The position numbers and the translations under genes were made by a program. A model generated the notes under the pieces. That model did no database searches, was not told the origin of the DNA, and worked only from the letters and a program-made list of their open reading frames with translations. From Lytechinus pictus (lineage: Eukaryota): DNA of 64,000 nt. Positions 1 through 15,194 of this stretch are shown here, piece by piece. The stretch covers positions 43,464,001-43,528,000 of the forward strand of contig NC_087251.1 in the NCBI RefSeq assembly GCF_037042905.1, read 5' to 3'. Numbering within the stretch: position 1 is the first letter of the stretch; the number at the start of each line of letters is the position of its first letter.

Positions 1-369
1 AATGTTTGTTATCAATTATTGATAAATCAAGATGATATATTTTCTCTTATACGCCGCCTGCCCGCCACCACTGTTTCTCTGATGATAAAACTCTTTCGGA
101 GGCAAATACTAAACAAACAATAACACCTATTCCCGAGAAAAAAAGTACATGCATTCCGTTTCACGTTGTTTTTAATCAATATTAGGAAACCATCATGCAT
201 GTTAGAACGATACTGCATTTCTGTTTCAAAGTATATTTTTCCAATTATGAGTAACGCTTAATATTCATGGTAATTTCTTCTCCAAATCCCGGCGCAATAA
301 TTTTCCACTTGTATGACATTACTCAAGTGAATAGACAGTTTCTGAACTAACAATGAACATTCGACAGAT

Positions 370-940
370 ACCTCTAGGGGCCACGCAAGGTAATTTTCTC
401 GGTCCAACCATTTTCATACTGTATGTTCAAGATCAGTAGCTGTTGGGTGGTTTTCTTTCTCAGCTACATGACTTTTGCTGATGACTGCATGCTGTATCGG
501 GAAATCATCAGCAGTTTGGACGCTCGGATGTTGCAGAAAATGTTTGACTGGTAAAATAGCTAGCTTATGTCATTCAATTCTTGTAATTGTTATGTTCTGA
601 AGATCTGCTGTCGTCGGTTTTCAATGAACTACAATTTACACCGTTTGTCAGACCTGCAAGAGTGGAAAAATATCCTGGAGTTGCTCTGTCCAACAATGTC
701 AAATTTGCAAGAAAGCCACCTAACAGCTATAGGTTTTTTTTCAGCCGCTACACAAGGTCCTTGCCCCAGTCATTCGGAAACGTGTCCTACAAGTTCGCTT
801 CACTTGTAGGACCCAAAATATACTAAAGATCAAACTACAAGCGGCTCGTTGGGTCTTAGCTAATTGTAAAACCAATGTGATCACCAAGTTGAAAGGGCCC
901 ACGAAATGGTCTAGCTTGTTCCCAAGACGCATGTAAGCAG
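370..940 (+). mobile_element. Decayed non-LTR retrotransposon reverse transcriptase fragment
   Basis: Broken frames read GATQGNFLGPTIFILYVQD, FADDCMLYREI, LMSFN..C.VL.I, KYPGV, with stops and frameshifts. Confidence 0.7.
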
Positions 941-1004
941 GTGAGTAGACTTGGTAGGGTGTATAGGATCGCGATATTCTTAACCCTAAGTACTTCAGTC
1001 ACCA

Positions 1005-1138
1005 GGGGCCCGTAACACAAAGCTTAGCAATGATCGCAGAACAGTTTTTTTACGATTGATTCCATTGACTACAATGTACAACTAATCGTAAAAATCGAGC
1101 GTACGATTAATCGATAACCTTTGTGTTTCGAGACACAG
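1005..1138. mobile_element. Short TIR element (MITE-like); related copy at about 24349-24486 and a fragment at about 35980
   Basis: Imperfect inverted ends GGGCCCGTAACACAAAG...CTTTGTGTTTCGAG; recurs in the window. Confidence 0.5.
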
Positions 1139-1354
1139 AAAACAAAAATCACAAGGGCTTCCAGACATACCGTCCAAGAAGCAACAAAGACATATTAACC
1201 GAACAAATTGCAAAAGAAAATCGATATCACAGCTTCACCTGATTTCCAGAATCTCCCGCGAATTCATTACAAAAAAAATACCGTAACTCCTCTGTGTAAT
1301 ATGCATGCAACTTTCGTCTCCGAGGTATTTGGATGCCGAGCCCTTTGAAGATTT

Positions 1355-1600
1355 AGAAGGAGAAGAAAGAAGAAGCAGAAGAAGGAAGAGGAGAAGAAGA
1401 AATAAGGAAGAAGAAGAAGAAGAAGTAGAAAGAAGAAGAAAAAGAAGCAGAAGGAGGAGAAGAATTAAAAAGAAGAATGAAGAAGAAGAAATAGAAAGAG
1501 GAGGAGAAGAAGAAGAATAAAGGAGAAGAAGAAGAAGAAAAAAGAGTAGCAGAAAAAAGACGAACAAGAAGGAAAAAAGGAGAAAAAAATGATGAAGAAA
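1355..1600. repeat. Degenerate (GAA)n purine-rich tract; similar GA-rich tracts at about 2800-3470, 7330-7570 and 23740-24050
   Basis: Direct reading. Confidence 0.85.
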
Positions 1601-4600
1601 ACTCAAATTTCTAGATACAGTCTACTTTGTAATTGTCGATTTTTTAAATTTTTATTCATATTTGATTTTGAAATATTGCTAGATGCTTGATTAAACCCCG
1701 AAAATTTACTCTCATATCCATAAAGAATTATATAAAATGAAGGATTTATGCAATAAAACTAAATGAAACGTGAATAGCAGTCGCCTCCAGTCGCTATCTG
1801 GAAAAGAGCTATCGTGTGTAACTAAGATTAGCAGTATATTCCCAAAGGAACGGATGGCAATACGTCTAATGGATGGTGTAAAATAAATATAACCTAATAT
1901 TACTGTTTGTTAGATGGTGCATACGTTGTTTACTCAACATTTTTATCTTTCTTCTAGAACTTGAAGAAGTAGAATCCAAATAATCATAATTTCACTCGAA
2001 ATTCAAACTATTCATATCGTACGATTCTGGAGCATTGGGAGAATGCTATTATACTTTCTAAATGCAAAATAGCTGATCTGGGATCTTCATAATCGCACTA
2101 ATATCGGAGCTAGGCATGCGACATGTCTATTTATGGTTGCAATATACATGTACAGTAGCAGTATCTTCAAAATCATTGGAAGGAAAGATCACACATCTTA
2201 TGAAATAAAATTAAGTTGATAAACAAAGTATGAATCATTGTACGAATAAAGAAACGTTCAAGGAAATATAAAATCGTATAAAATAAGACAATGTTAGTAA
2301 ATGTTAGGTAAACACGAATCATATGAATGAACAAAAAAGGGCTAAAAGATTATTGTGAAACAACTTCTTTCAGGTTTTTTTTTCAAATAACTCAAAAAGG
2401 CCTAAGAATGAAACTCACCTTCCACTTTCTCAATCATAACTGAAAATACCAACCTCTGTCAGACTGTCCTCCACAGTAGCATACGACTGGATCTATCTCC
2501 AAAATGACCATCCAATTTTTATCCAACAATAACAATGCAGAAAGTGAAGAATACAGAGAGAGAAACGATCAACCCTCACCTTCGTCAACTTACAAAACTT
2601 TACTCGGCAAATGACGCCTTCTTCACGAGGTTTTCAATGCGGGGTTTTTTCAGAACCGTACCCTTCAGAAGACCTCACCTGCCTTGCATGTAAATGATGC
2701 GGTACAGGTGTATAATTTTTTGAGGCCGCGAGGGCGAGGGCAAGGAAAACCAACCAGGGGCCTTGGACAGTGAGACTCTCGGGAGGGCATCGATCAAAAA
2801 GAGAGAGAATACGAGAGGAGAAGGAAAGAATGAAAGAGAGAGGGAAAAGCAAGAGGGGTGGAGAGTAAGGGGGAGAGATTGAGAAAGGGAGGAAGAAGGG
2901 GATTATAGAGGACAAGAGCAGACAAAAAATATAGTGAGGACTTTGAGCTCTTAGGAGCATTGATCAAAGGGAAAGAGTGAGTGAGATAGAGAGAGCGAGA
3001 AGGGGAAATAGTGATGACGGGAGAAGAGAATAGATATAGAGAAGGAGATTGATAAAAGGTCACTTATTGACGGGAAAAAGGCAGAAAAAGCGGAGAAAGG
3101 AAAGTTATAAAAGATGCACGTACCGACGATGGACTCAAAAGCGGTACAAGGTAAGGAAATAAAAAGAAACAAGGTAAACTGGCTTGCTAAAAGAGGAAAT
3201 GCGTGAGAGCTCGAGGGACGTACCTTCTTCTGAGAAGCAAAAGGGTCCTTTATAAAACATGGAAATTTCTTAACATGGTTAATGTCAACAGAAGTTGACA
3301 AAATAATAAAATCAACGTAAATATCGTAACATTTAGAATAAAAAATACATTAAATTTACATATCGCATCATTAGAGAGATCTAAAAAGAAAGTGGACAGA
3401 TAGACAGAGACACAGACAAGAACGAGAGAGAATGAAAGAGAGAGGAAGGGAGTGTGTGGGTAGTAATTAAGAGAGGCATGACATCCCCACATCCAAACGA
3501 GGTGGAATCTTAACGAGTTCATCGACATTGCTCATAACTGTAACTTTCATAATAAAGAACATACTTTGATATCCGATCTCCCTTAAATGGTCAAGGCATT
3601 AATGACAAAAAAGAGACAAAAGCAACTAGCAAATTTCAAGTCTAGAATCTTGAAAAAAGAACCAAAAATTGCAAATTCACGAGACATAGTAAAAGCTCCA
3701 TTTAACCAAACAATTTCCCATCTGGGTTGTTTTAATTGTTTTGAATTGTTTATTAGTTGCTCTGCTATCTCTCCGTCAGCTCATCCGAGCCCCGTTTTAT
3801 ATATTCCGTCCAGATAAAGGCTTTGATTAAAACATCACGAACACAACATCTGTGTTTTCTTATTCTCTTTTCTTTTTCTTTTCTTAATTTGTCCCCTTAT
3901 CTCCGTATCCGGGCCGTCCGATGATGGGTGAATGTCCGGTGCTCCAGCGCCTCATTTGCATCTACCTGTCTTCAACGAGCGAGGACACGGTCAAAAACAT
4001 TCCCGTTTCTCGTTCCATTTTCATTTGATCGATAACAAAAACAACACAGACAAGTATGTTGTTTACTTTATTCTGCTCCATTTGAATAATGTATATTCTC
4101 TTGAGTATAACAATTCTACAAGTACGATGATACACCAACATGGTGGACTGTACTTAAACGGATGATGATGATGATGATGATGACAATACTCCTTTCTCAC
4201 GCTTAAGGCCGATTGATTATCAGATTATGCTATTGTCAATACGAAGTTGAAGATGAGAGAATAGCAGAAAACAAAAGTGTTGTTCAGCCTGTCACCTACA
4301 AGTGTTGTGATGTAATATGAAACGTTTTCTTGAAATGTTTTCATAAGTCAGCATTATGAAAAATGTTCACTTAAATTAGTGAATCACAAACAAAAATTCA
4401 AAGAGTCCACCGTATTTTCTACCTACAGTTTGACTTGATAATCAGAATAAATTTGGAACTTGGGGATTTACATGAACATTATTTTCAAATGCAATGAATC
4501 CAAAATTCCAAAGCCAAAATTCTGAGTAAGCACTTCGACATGAACCTGTGAAAGGTGAAGCAAGCGTAGAGGGCGCCTTAAACATGCTCCAATACTGATG

Positions 4601-5220
4601 TACAACTCTAGTTAGTGTACGACTTTATAAACCGGTCACATCATGACGGGTATGAGCAAACTCAAAAACACCAAAAGAAATGCGAACTAGATGGCGCAAC
4701 TATTCTTTCTGCTGAATTGACGCCAAAACCCATTAATAACAAAAGGCAAGGACAACATCAACGATGGGGTAAAACCGTTCGACTATTCCATAAACGGTCG
4801 ATTTACATTATCTGCCGAATTCCGTCAACTTTTCAAAGATTATCAGTAACCATTATTTTACAATGGTTCAAAAATCATCCTGAATATCAAAGTAATGTCT
4901 TTAGTTACTCATTAAAAAGGTCGTTTTCATCGACGAAAATTGTGCTCTCCCAACGGTATAAACATGATAAATATTCCGTTTTAGAGATGAGTTGTGACTG
5001 GTTTTTGAAGCTGTAGAAAATGACGTCACAGTCACAATAGTGAGACGGATTCCAAACCGACCAATCGTAATAGATTTGGTCGATCTGGGGTCGATTTCGT
5101 TAGTGTTACTGTAGCATTACTGTATATTCATTGGCCCGTATTCTGAAGACTTGTGGATCGCAGGCCATGGTCAAAGTTACTGTTAAGATTATGGGGAGCC
5201 CTAAATTTCAAATTAATTAA

Positions 5221-5816
5221 AGGACAAGTCCACCCCAACAAAAAGTTGATTTGAATGAGAAAAGTCCAACAAGCACAACACTGAAAATTTCATCAAAATC
5301 GGATGTAAAATAAGAAAGTAATGACATTTTAAAGTTTCGCTTAATTTCACAAAACAGTTCTATGCACATCCTGGCTTGTAAGCAAATGAGGAGACTGATG
5401 ATGTCATCCACTCACTATTTCTTTTGTATTTTATTATATGAAATGTGAAATATTCTAATTTTCTCCTCATTGCCAAGTGAAATAACGATTAATTTTTCCC
5501 TGTACATGTGGAATTAGCATTGTTTAATACTATATGGTTCAGTCAAGTTGGTCCTTATTGTCAAATCTGTAAAAGTGAAATATTGTATAATTAAAACAAT
5601 AAAAACAAAAGAAATAGCGAGGGACATCATCGTCTGTCTCATTTGCATGTCACTGAGTTGTGCATATCACTGTTTTGTGAAAAATAAGCGAAACTTTAAA
5701 ATGTTATAACTTTCTTATTTTACATCCGATTTTGATCAAATTTTCAGCGTTCTGCTAGTTTGATTTTTCTCTATTTATTCAAAACAACATTTTTCTGCAT
5801 GGGGTGGACTTGACCT
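5221..5816. mobile_element. Non-autonomous TTAA-target DNA transposon (Kolobok-like), nested in an older TIR element at about 5132-6045
   Basis: TTAA|AGGACAAGTCCACCCC...GGGGTGGACTTGACCT|TTAA with long imperfect TIRs; host ends TGGCCCGTATTCTGAA/TTTAGAATATAGGCCA. Confidence 0.85.
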
Positions 5817-8725
5817 TTAAATGACATTTTTCCTATCGTTACTTGGAATCTTTCATCATGTTTTAATGAAAGAAGAAAATTACTACAGCAATTATTTCTA
5901 GTCAGTTATGAAAATTCTGCATGTAAAAATGAGCTGATAGTTAAAACTTGTATTGTTAAAGTTAACAGTCACAATTGGCTATCCATAGTTAAGCCGCAAC
6001 ATTAGACCAGCGTAAAAAGTAAGCACGCGTTTAGAATATAGGCCATTGTATTCATCCTTTCTTTTCAGGAGCGTAAATGTAGCTCACATCCAGCGATGAA
6101 CATGATGAACTGTCGAGAAAGCAAGATCATCATTTAAAAAGGGGTGAGAATCATGTTTCGTCTTATTTATTCTCATGCTAGATGTGTTTATTTCATTTTC
6201 ACTTCGGTCCATCTTTGGAACACGAAACCAAACACTAAATACACGTGTCCTTGCAGGTTGGCCCGCAGGATCTTCGCACCTTTCTCGACGCGTCGGTGAA
6301 AAGCAAAGGAAAGACTTGTGTCAATCACGTTGCCATAGATACAGAGACATGGATTCGATCCACCCTCTCCGTACCTCAGTCAAGATATACGAGATTTATT
6401 TCTTTGCTGAAAGCCTATTTCTTAACCTAATGAAGGCGCATTTGATGGAAAAGCAACGGTAATAAAAAAGGCAACAATTCAAGTACTCTCGTGTACCTTT
6501 CTCTAAATCTATATCACCCTTTATATATATGCCTAACCCCGTTCACACTTACTACTCTCTTTAAAAAAATAAATTTAAAGTTACTCTTCTAAACTTGATT
6601 ATGCACAAAAGCTCTAATTGCAATTCATAGGCTCGTTTATACTGATTTTATTTTAATTGTTTACCATTTTATTTCGCTTCCCTAAGAAATATAGCCTTCC
6701 ACAAGAGATAAAACAGGTGATTAAAATATTGCTGTAAACTATCAACGCTGTATGCGCGGAAATTATAAATGCTATCTTTTTTACCAATAAATGTGATGCT
6801 TTTGATTTGGCCATCATCTGTTGCCCGTAATGAAATATTTTTTAATTGATTTTATTTTACAAACATTGACCTTCGTGTATATAAATATCATTAAACCAAA
6901 AATTCCTTATTTCGATTGTATCGAATGAAAGGTGTATGTTATATCATAGATACATTGAACTCGGTTGACTGAAATACCCTTTTACTTTTATCTCGCATCA
7001 TGCATTATTAACGTACACATCGTGTAAGTTATTACTTCTCTTTATATCTTCAGTCTTAAGTCCGTTTGCCCTCAACTTAAAAACTTCCTTCGACTGATAC
7101 CACATCCTCTTCTCCCCAATGTTCCCATCAATAATTCAGTGCTCCGTCTTTTTATAAATTTGCAAGTATAAAATGTGAAGCTAGAAAGATATGGAAGCCC
7201 CTTGAACCAGGAAATGCAAGTTGTCCACGTCTCTAGTTGACCAGCCTCCTTGCTTCTCGTGAAAAGATAAGTAGGGCAGTCATGAATGTGCATGGTGTGA
7301 AAATTGGTATGAGAGGTCCAGCATATTAAAAAGTCAAAGTAAAAGGAAAACTGATAATATAAGATAAGAAAAGTGAAGAGAGAGAGAGAAAAAAAGATAG
7401 AGAAGCAGATTGAGAGATATACAAAGAGAATGAAAGAAAGAATGAAAGAGGGGAGAAATAGAAATAAGGCGGAGAGAGAGAGCAATATGTATAGAGAGAG
7501 TAAGAAGGAGAGAGGAGGGAGATAGAAATGAGGCGGAGAGAGAGATTAAACTAAAGAGTGATAAGAAAAAAAGATTTTGCTGAACAGAATAATATACATT
7601 CTCTAAATATGTAAGGCATGTAAACATAAAAAAGAAACTAGAACAAAAAGGGAACAATCTTACATCCATGGCCAGGCTCCTACATTCTCCCTTCTTGCCC
7701 ACGTGGGCCTTCATGAGTACCCTCATAACCTATTTCTCGATGCATAAATCACGATTGGTGTTAAATTCATTTTTCATAACTCCCTTTGGGTCGCCCGCCA
7801 AGCGCCATTAAATTTGAAAATGATATAGATTTTAAAGAGCCTATCAAGTGATTCCATTACTCTCAATATCAATTCCAATTTTTTTTTCTTTCAAGAGGTA
7901 AACTATCTATTTGTAAACAACGATTGCAATTTTTTTTCAATTTATTTGCCACGACGATTATTGATCTGGAAACGAATATCAATCAAGCTACCAAATAACG
8001 AAATGTCTTCTAGAGATGTAAAAATTATGGTTTACATAGACGACATTCACAAAGCCGGATGAAGGTGAAATCCATCCCCATCGGAAAAAAAGAAGAAGAT
8101 GAAAATTATAGGAATGGCCGCCAGCTAACCTCACTTTAAAAATCTCATCTAAAAGCCCTCCATCTACATACAAATTACTTTGTGGGCGTTCCCCCGTCTG
8201 AATTGATCCTTTGCCAAGGGACGTCTTGTCAACAAGGCAAAAAGAACTTAAAACATGACTTTCTAGATTATTTGAACATGCGATCTGATTGCGTACTGAT
8301 GGCAAATTTAAATATATATATCAATGCGTACTTGAGACATATTACTTCCGTTTAGCTTGTTTAGATTGAAATAAAAAAATAGTTTTGTTTTGATTGCAAT
8401 CAGTTCGAACGTAAATCTATCAGGTTATATTTGTTTTTCTGTTCTGATGGTTGATTTGCATAATCCGCCAAACTTTGGTTCGTATGGCTGTACAATAACC
8501 TTCACCCCATCGAAGGGGCCTATAGACTGCCTTGATGGAGCGCAAAATTGTTTTTTTTAGAGTACATTTTGTCACGAGTAAGAGCCTCTAGAAAAGGTCC
8601 TATTTACTCAAGTGTATACGTAATATCTTATAAAACACACAATACACGTTCCTTCATCAATATAAGACATAAGCTACCGTATATGATCAATGAAAATTAA
8701 TTTAAAATTCTCCATGTGTGTCTAG

Positions 8726-9076
8726 ATAATAATAATAATATTCCGCATTTATATAGCGCTTAACACATCGGAACGAAGTCTCTAAGCGCTTTACAGATAT
8801 ATTATTACCCCGGTCATCGGATCCTTGCATGCCCGCATACAATGTATGCACCATCTCCATTCCCTGGGGAGTATTCCAACAAGAGTTCCAAGACTCAGTT
8901 GCTAGGCATACTACATAGGCTTTCGCATCCTACCGGCTACCCATTTAACACCTGGGTGGAGAGTGGCAAATTGTGGATTGACGCCTTGCCAAAGGACGCT
9001 AGGCCATGGTGGGATTCGAACACACGACCCTCTGATTACAAGGCGAGAGTAAGAACCGCTACACCACGGCGCTTCC
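8726..9076 (-). mobile_element. Full-length tRNA-derived SINE; related partial copy at about 41393-41620
   Basis: Minus strand: A box TGGTGTAGCGG, B box GTTCGAATC, body CTCTCCACCCAGGTGTTAAATGGGTA, (TTA)n tail. Confidence 0.85.
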
Positions 9077-11209
9077 ACGTGATGTATGCCCTGGATCTCC
9101 AATGTGTTCGTTTCCCATTTCTATTTCTTTTATAATAGACTTCTCTACAGCTTAAATGTATTTTTAATATAATACTGCACCTCCTACCTAGTTCTCACTG
9201 CCACCTTTCTGACCGAAGCTTGATCTGTTTTAATCTTTGTCAAAACAACAGAAACTCATTTTTACTTTATAGTTTTTTTTTTATTGATTTTTTATATTCA
9301 TTTTTTTTTTTAAATCTTGGGAAGCTTTTTGTTCATATCAAACAATGTATTCGGCCGTCATTGTTCCATCGAGTCTCATAAACTTGATTGTGAAAACTCT
9401 GCCCATCAAGCTAAACAACATTTTCATAATTTCTTGGTATCTATGGTCCATTTGGTACAAGTTGCAGTCAAATTATCGGAATTGGGAAAGCTGGAATAAA
9501 AAAACAAAAATGTAACACGTTTTGTCATCAACCTAAATCGGACAGATGAGAATTGAGAACGATAAATCTTTCACATGAGGGAATCTTGGAGTACTGAGGT
9601 GAGCCTTGGGCATGTTGGGTTTGCTAATGACACCTTGCCGAGATAGAACTTTCTGTTCTGGCTTTGTTGTAGGTCCATGGTTCTAGGGATTTTGACAAAC
9701 GATTTGTTAAAGTTGCCCATATTTAATGTTTAGAAGGAGTTACAGTTCATCGTCTGCAGTAAACCTGCACACGTCACCTCGTGCGTTTTTGTTTTGTTTT
9801 TTGAATATTATTACAAGGTTGTTTTTTGATATATAGAAAGATAGGTAGATTTTATTAAAAACATCACGTCTTGCAGTATAAAACAGAATTGAACATGAAT
9901 TATATATATATAATCAATAAGATATTAAATATACAAGTAACATTTGAAATCAGGAGGTCATTACCGTAGTGCACTCGAGTATCCAGGCTCTCCAGAAGGG
10001 GTACCTGGACTTTAATATCTTCATCCAAACTGAAATGACCCAAAATATACTTTACATGAAATTATAATAATCCAATACTGCATAAAATAATCGAAACTGA
10101 AGAAAAGGTTGTAAACATGTCATAAAAACATCTAATCAATAACTATTAAAACTATCAAAATCCTACAAAAAAAGATCAAAAGCAACAACAAAAAATTCAT
10201 TGATAATAAACGAATAAGAAATAGTTATACAATTAAATACTTTCGATAATTCATGGTGATGGTCATGAAGCTATGAGATGAGGTTATTCAAGATTAAACA
10301 TGTATATAGTGTATTTAAGTAATTATCGTATTTGATGTGCAATGCATAGCGTTGATTATTAAACTAAGAACCGAATCAATACTCATATAAAAAAGAAGAA
10401 GTTGAAGAGAGTCTAATTGCCTGAAATATAATATGAATGAAAAATCAGCATTTATAAAAATTAAAAAAAGCAGAAAGAGAGAGAAAGAGAAAATAAACCA
10501 TCCCGGTTTTGCAATGAAATGGGTAAGAGTTAATAATGATATCTGTTGACATTGGGACAACAATACAAAACAAACAAATATATAACATAACATTACATGA
10601 AATGGAAGCCGATGATTACTGAGTATTGTTGATGCATAAATTTGCAAGGAATGAGAGCAGACGTCTCGCTATAGCTAAAAGTTTAATGAAATTCAGATAA
10701 AAGAGAGACCGAGGCGTTAATGTCATGGCTAGAATTTGGGTCAGTTCGGACGAGAGCTAGAGGAACCCTTTAAGGTTCGAAGATAAACGAGAGGTGAGAA
10801 AAAAAGGAAGTTAGGAAAGTGAAAATGCAAAGTAAGGATGTTGTGGAACAATATTATAAACGTAAAGTGTGGCTGGTCTGGGTGGTGTTCTGTGTCTGGA
10901 TTTAGGGATACAGAGAGATTAAGATATAATCTGTCTAATATATCTTTGAAAAGAAAATCTGGCGGATTCGTTATGTATGACTTCATTAGCGAGTCCTCTC
11001 ATCTCTATACGCAAAACGAATTCAAATACAGTACATTGAAAATGCCCGTCAAATGAAAATGAACAGCTGTGAGGTCTTTGTCGAAAACTGGCGAACCAGA
11101 ACATCAGTTCGTCGTAAGTTTCGGAGCTGACGAAAAATTGCTAATATTTCGTTTGTGCAGGACGAAACTGCTGTTTTGATTCATCAATTATCGACAAAGG
11201 CTGCTTGGT

Positions 11210-11240
<31 letters not shown>

Positions 11241-13305
11241 CCTCCTCTTTTCTCTTCCTTGAGGGAGGTTCACATTATACAAGCTATGCTTTTGAGTGAA
11301 TCTCCCATTTCCACAGATACCCTTTTTCTATTTAAATTATATATTATAATTTGTCTACATAATGCACCATATTTTGTATATATCTTTATATGTTGATTAT
11401 CATTGATGTTTTGGAATATAATTGTAATGACACTGATTTCTATCGTAAATATTTGTTATAAATGTATGAAAATGATTTGTATCAATGTTTATGTCATTTC
11501 TGTTGGAAATAAATCTGAATCTGAATTGTCATGAGGGGCATTTGACAATAATTTTCTATGTTCTTGAAAGTGTTATGTGTACCGGTGCGAATACTTACCA
11601 GTAGTATAGACTACGATCACTATATACACTACACCAATTAGTTTAGTGTTTTGTGTGAAGAAGAAGTCTCTTGAAATTGACTTTTGTATCAGGTCAATTG
11701 CCTTTCTTATCCGCCTACCCATTCTTATCACATCAAACACGTGTTCACTTTAAAATAGAATGAAATCAAGGTGTGATAGATACAAACGAAACAACTGAAA
11801 GTATCACCTTTAGTCACGTGATTACGAATCAACCAATCGGCACCTCGCCAAGAGACCTGGGCAGGGTTTGATATCATCCATTATCGATAAAATCCAAACA
11901 CCAACAAAATATCTTCGTCATGTTCCCATTTTGATCTTTTCCCCAAGATCCGAATACCCAAGGGCCATGACTAGCCTTTCAGATTTCACATGTGGCCGAT
12001 TTTCCGAACCATAGATACATTCAAAATTTCACACTTTTCCCGACAAAGTTTCCACCTTAGTTTCTTTTCTTTTCTTAAGGAAGGATCTTCGTATCATTCA
12101 TAATCGATAAGATTGTGCAACTCCGATCGATGTCAGATAATTTCTTTCCGGCCGATTAAACTAACTTTCGACTTCTCCCATCCTATCCCCCGGTATCAAC
12201 CGAAAAGCAACTGCAGTTCTTTATGTTTACTGCTTAGAAAATGTATCTTGCATATTGTATCCCTTTACGAAGAAATAATGTGGGTTTGTCACTGGCATAC
12301 ATATAAGGAGGGGGCATGAACCACCCAAAATAAATTTTCACGACTAATAGAAAAGAGAATAAAAAAGAAAGAAAAGGGAAGGGGTGACATATGATACTTT
12401 TCACTGAATTTTATTGTCAAAATCTATCGAAAAATGAAAATCTTTTTATCTGAAAAGGTCAACATTTTTGCTCGCTTCACTAGTATGCAGCTTCTTTGAA
12501 AATGTTGCCATTTCTGGCCTCTAATATTTTCGGTTCATATCGCTAATGGTGTTTGCAAGGAAAAATATAATTCCTTGAAAACAGAACAGTTTAAACATTA
12601 CTCCGTTTGGTTTGTAAACTTAGAGTAGCTGAATCACAGGCAAATTATTCAAGTGGCCACGAGATCAAAGTGTTTTAAAAAAAATCATTATTTAGAAGAA
12701 AAAAAATCGAATCGTTGAGAGGAACATTGTGAAACGATTTCCTAAAGAAAACACACTGGGCCTTTATCGACCCGCCACCGTTTGGATTTCTTAAACATGA
12801 GCTCCCTCCAGAGTTCCTTAGAGAGAAGGAGCAGATCACGTGATGATTTGAACTATCACATGACACTCCCTGGATAGAATGGCTATTTATTTCTCGTTGT
12901 TGTAATAATGGGCTTACTTAGCGTGATCAGGTCATCGATCGCAACATTTTATTATTATTTTTTTTTTGGGGGGGGGGGAGAGCTTTTCCAATAAAACATC
13001 TTTCCTCTCCCCGCTCTGTACATTATAAAAAAAAAAATCAAATTTTATATTTTGAATTATCAACTTGAGTATGTGTGTAACTTTCATTCCAATTATGTTT
13101 TTGCGTATTTGGTAATTTGATAAAATAAAGCTAAAGTCTGAGTTTTTTGGAGTCTTGGAAATTTCCCCCCCCCCCAAAAAAAAAAAATCCACGAGAGAAA
13201 TTTAATTCATGGAGAAAGAGAAATAAATAGCGGATGATATCAAATTGTAAAAAAATGAAATCCTTTTTTTGAATATTCTGATAAAAAATCAAAGAAATTA
13301 TTTTT

Positions 13306-13341
<36 letters not shown>

Positions 13342-15194
13342 GGGGGGGGGGGGACTGTAACCTCGTACGCTATGTTCCGTCCCTTATTTTTTTAAAATCA
13401 TTTTGTCACGGAATGTGTTAATGATTCTTTTGGGGAAGGAGTGATTGGGTACATTAAGTGCTCTTGCTTATCACGAAAAAAAATATAGAGATGAATAATT
13501 CGGAGAGAAAGAGATGAAAAGGAAAAGATAAAGAGCCGAGGATTGATTTCAAGTGGTCGAAACGGAAGCGAGATTGGAGTGGAGTGGATGTTATTGAATC
13601 CATTTTCATTATTAACCCTATGGTTGAGTGGCTACTCCCGGCTATTAAACAGATTTCAAATAGATTTTAAATTAGAACATGTTTACATTTCATATATCAC
13701 TGCTCGTTCTGTCATATATTACGAAGTCATTAAGAGCTCGTCAGTATAGGAAACGAATACGCGATCCCTTGATAAATTCCATCGTAAGTGGACCCGTCAA
13801 AGCACCATCGAAATCTCAGAAAAATACACTGCAATGCATCCATTCCTGGTAACCATTACCAATTAACAATGAAAAAAAAAAGACCTTTTCATGTTAGAGT
13901 CTTGGTTTTTCGGTGGTAATCCAAAATGATATCATTTCTATTAAAAGCATTAAAAATATTTAATGCCTTATCATTGCGTCTATTTGTCTTAAAATCAATA
14001 TTTGCAGGTGAAATTATTTCAAGATATTAAGGTAATTCCTACTCCACTTCAAGTATGCTATGAATATTAAAATATTAAGATGTTACAAAAGTTATAATTA
14101 TAGAATTGAATAATTTTGATGATATTATATTCGATCTCTAGGAAGGCAATACTTGTATATTCATTATATTAAAGGTTTTATTGATTTAATGCAGTAAATC
14201 GCCATAATCACCAATAGATATGAAAGCTAGGAAGGAATTTCAATTTTTCATGGAAATGTTGTGTATTTATTCGACCATATTCCTAGTTTCAAGTTTCAAG
14301 TATATTATCTATGATGGATTTAAATTTCTATCATCCAAAGCATAAAACAAAATCAAATGTTAATTTTAGATGTTTTGAAGTATTTCCTGATTGCTGAAAT
14401 AAAAACAGTTCAATTTCAAATTAAAATCGACGATAACGGAGTAATGAAATCGTATTATCTCTCCGTTAGCAATAATGATATGCTTAATGTTTAACGATTC
14501 GTTGAATATGTCTGGATATTTCACACCGTAGCCATTTGATATAAAATAATTGTTAATGAAAATGTACTAAAAATTCCCATTGCATTCTCTATTCTGGCAA
14601 ATAGCAGAAATGAATGCTTACATTTTCAATTTCTCCGTTGCTCCTATATTTCCATTATCACTTGCCCCAGTAATGCCATTCCTCAGATCCAAATCCTTTT
14701 TATCTCTACGATACTCAATCCATCGTTCAATCTAGGTTCCAACAAATGGCGTCCGGCATTGATGTATCACGATCAGGTTTGCTAGACAGTATGACTTAAT
14801 GGAGAATATGTGAAGACAATCAATGATAACGGATGGTCTGTTTAAAATTATTCGATAGGTGTGATGGAATAGACACCGATAGTCAATGATCCCACCGGGA
14901 AAATCAAATAAAATCCTTCTTTTTGTTTCAAACTTGTATAAAGGGCAATTCAGTCATCGAGTACACATCCGTACTGAAAGCATTTTGCGTCGAATCAAAT
15001 CATGTTATACTAGTTAATTCGTAGAAGAAAAGAAGTCCTTAATTACAAGAAATTTGATTTCTTTTTTTTTTAATTATGATATTATTTTATACAGTAATGT
15101 GTATTTAAGTTTGTAAATCTGAATTATATAGTCTGGTAGTATGATATCAGCCTCCAATCACACAGTTCGTGTTGAAGAAACGCATCCTCATTCT

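Noticed and set aside
1235..1606. Poly-E/R and poly-L/S ORFs (also 2634-3528, 7072-7726, 23703-24098)
   Set aside because: They are translations of GA-rich low-complexity DNA
9850..11530. Probable LINE 3' UTR remnants (also about 31660-31810, 35800-35930, 36600-37000 and 58770-58850)
   Set aside because: Only AATAAA/short-repeat tails or weak similarity are visible; boundaries and family cannot be supported without a library search
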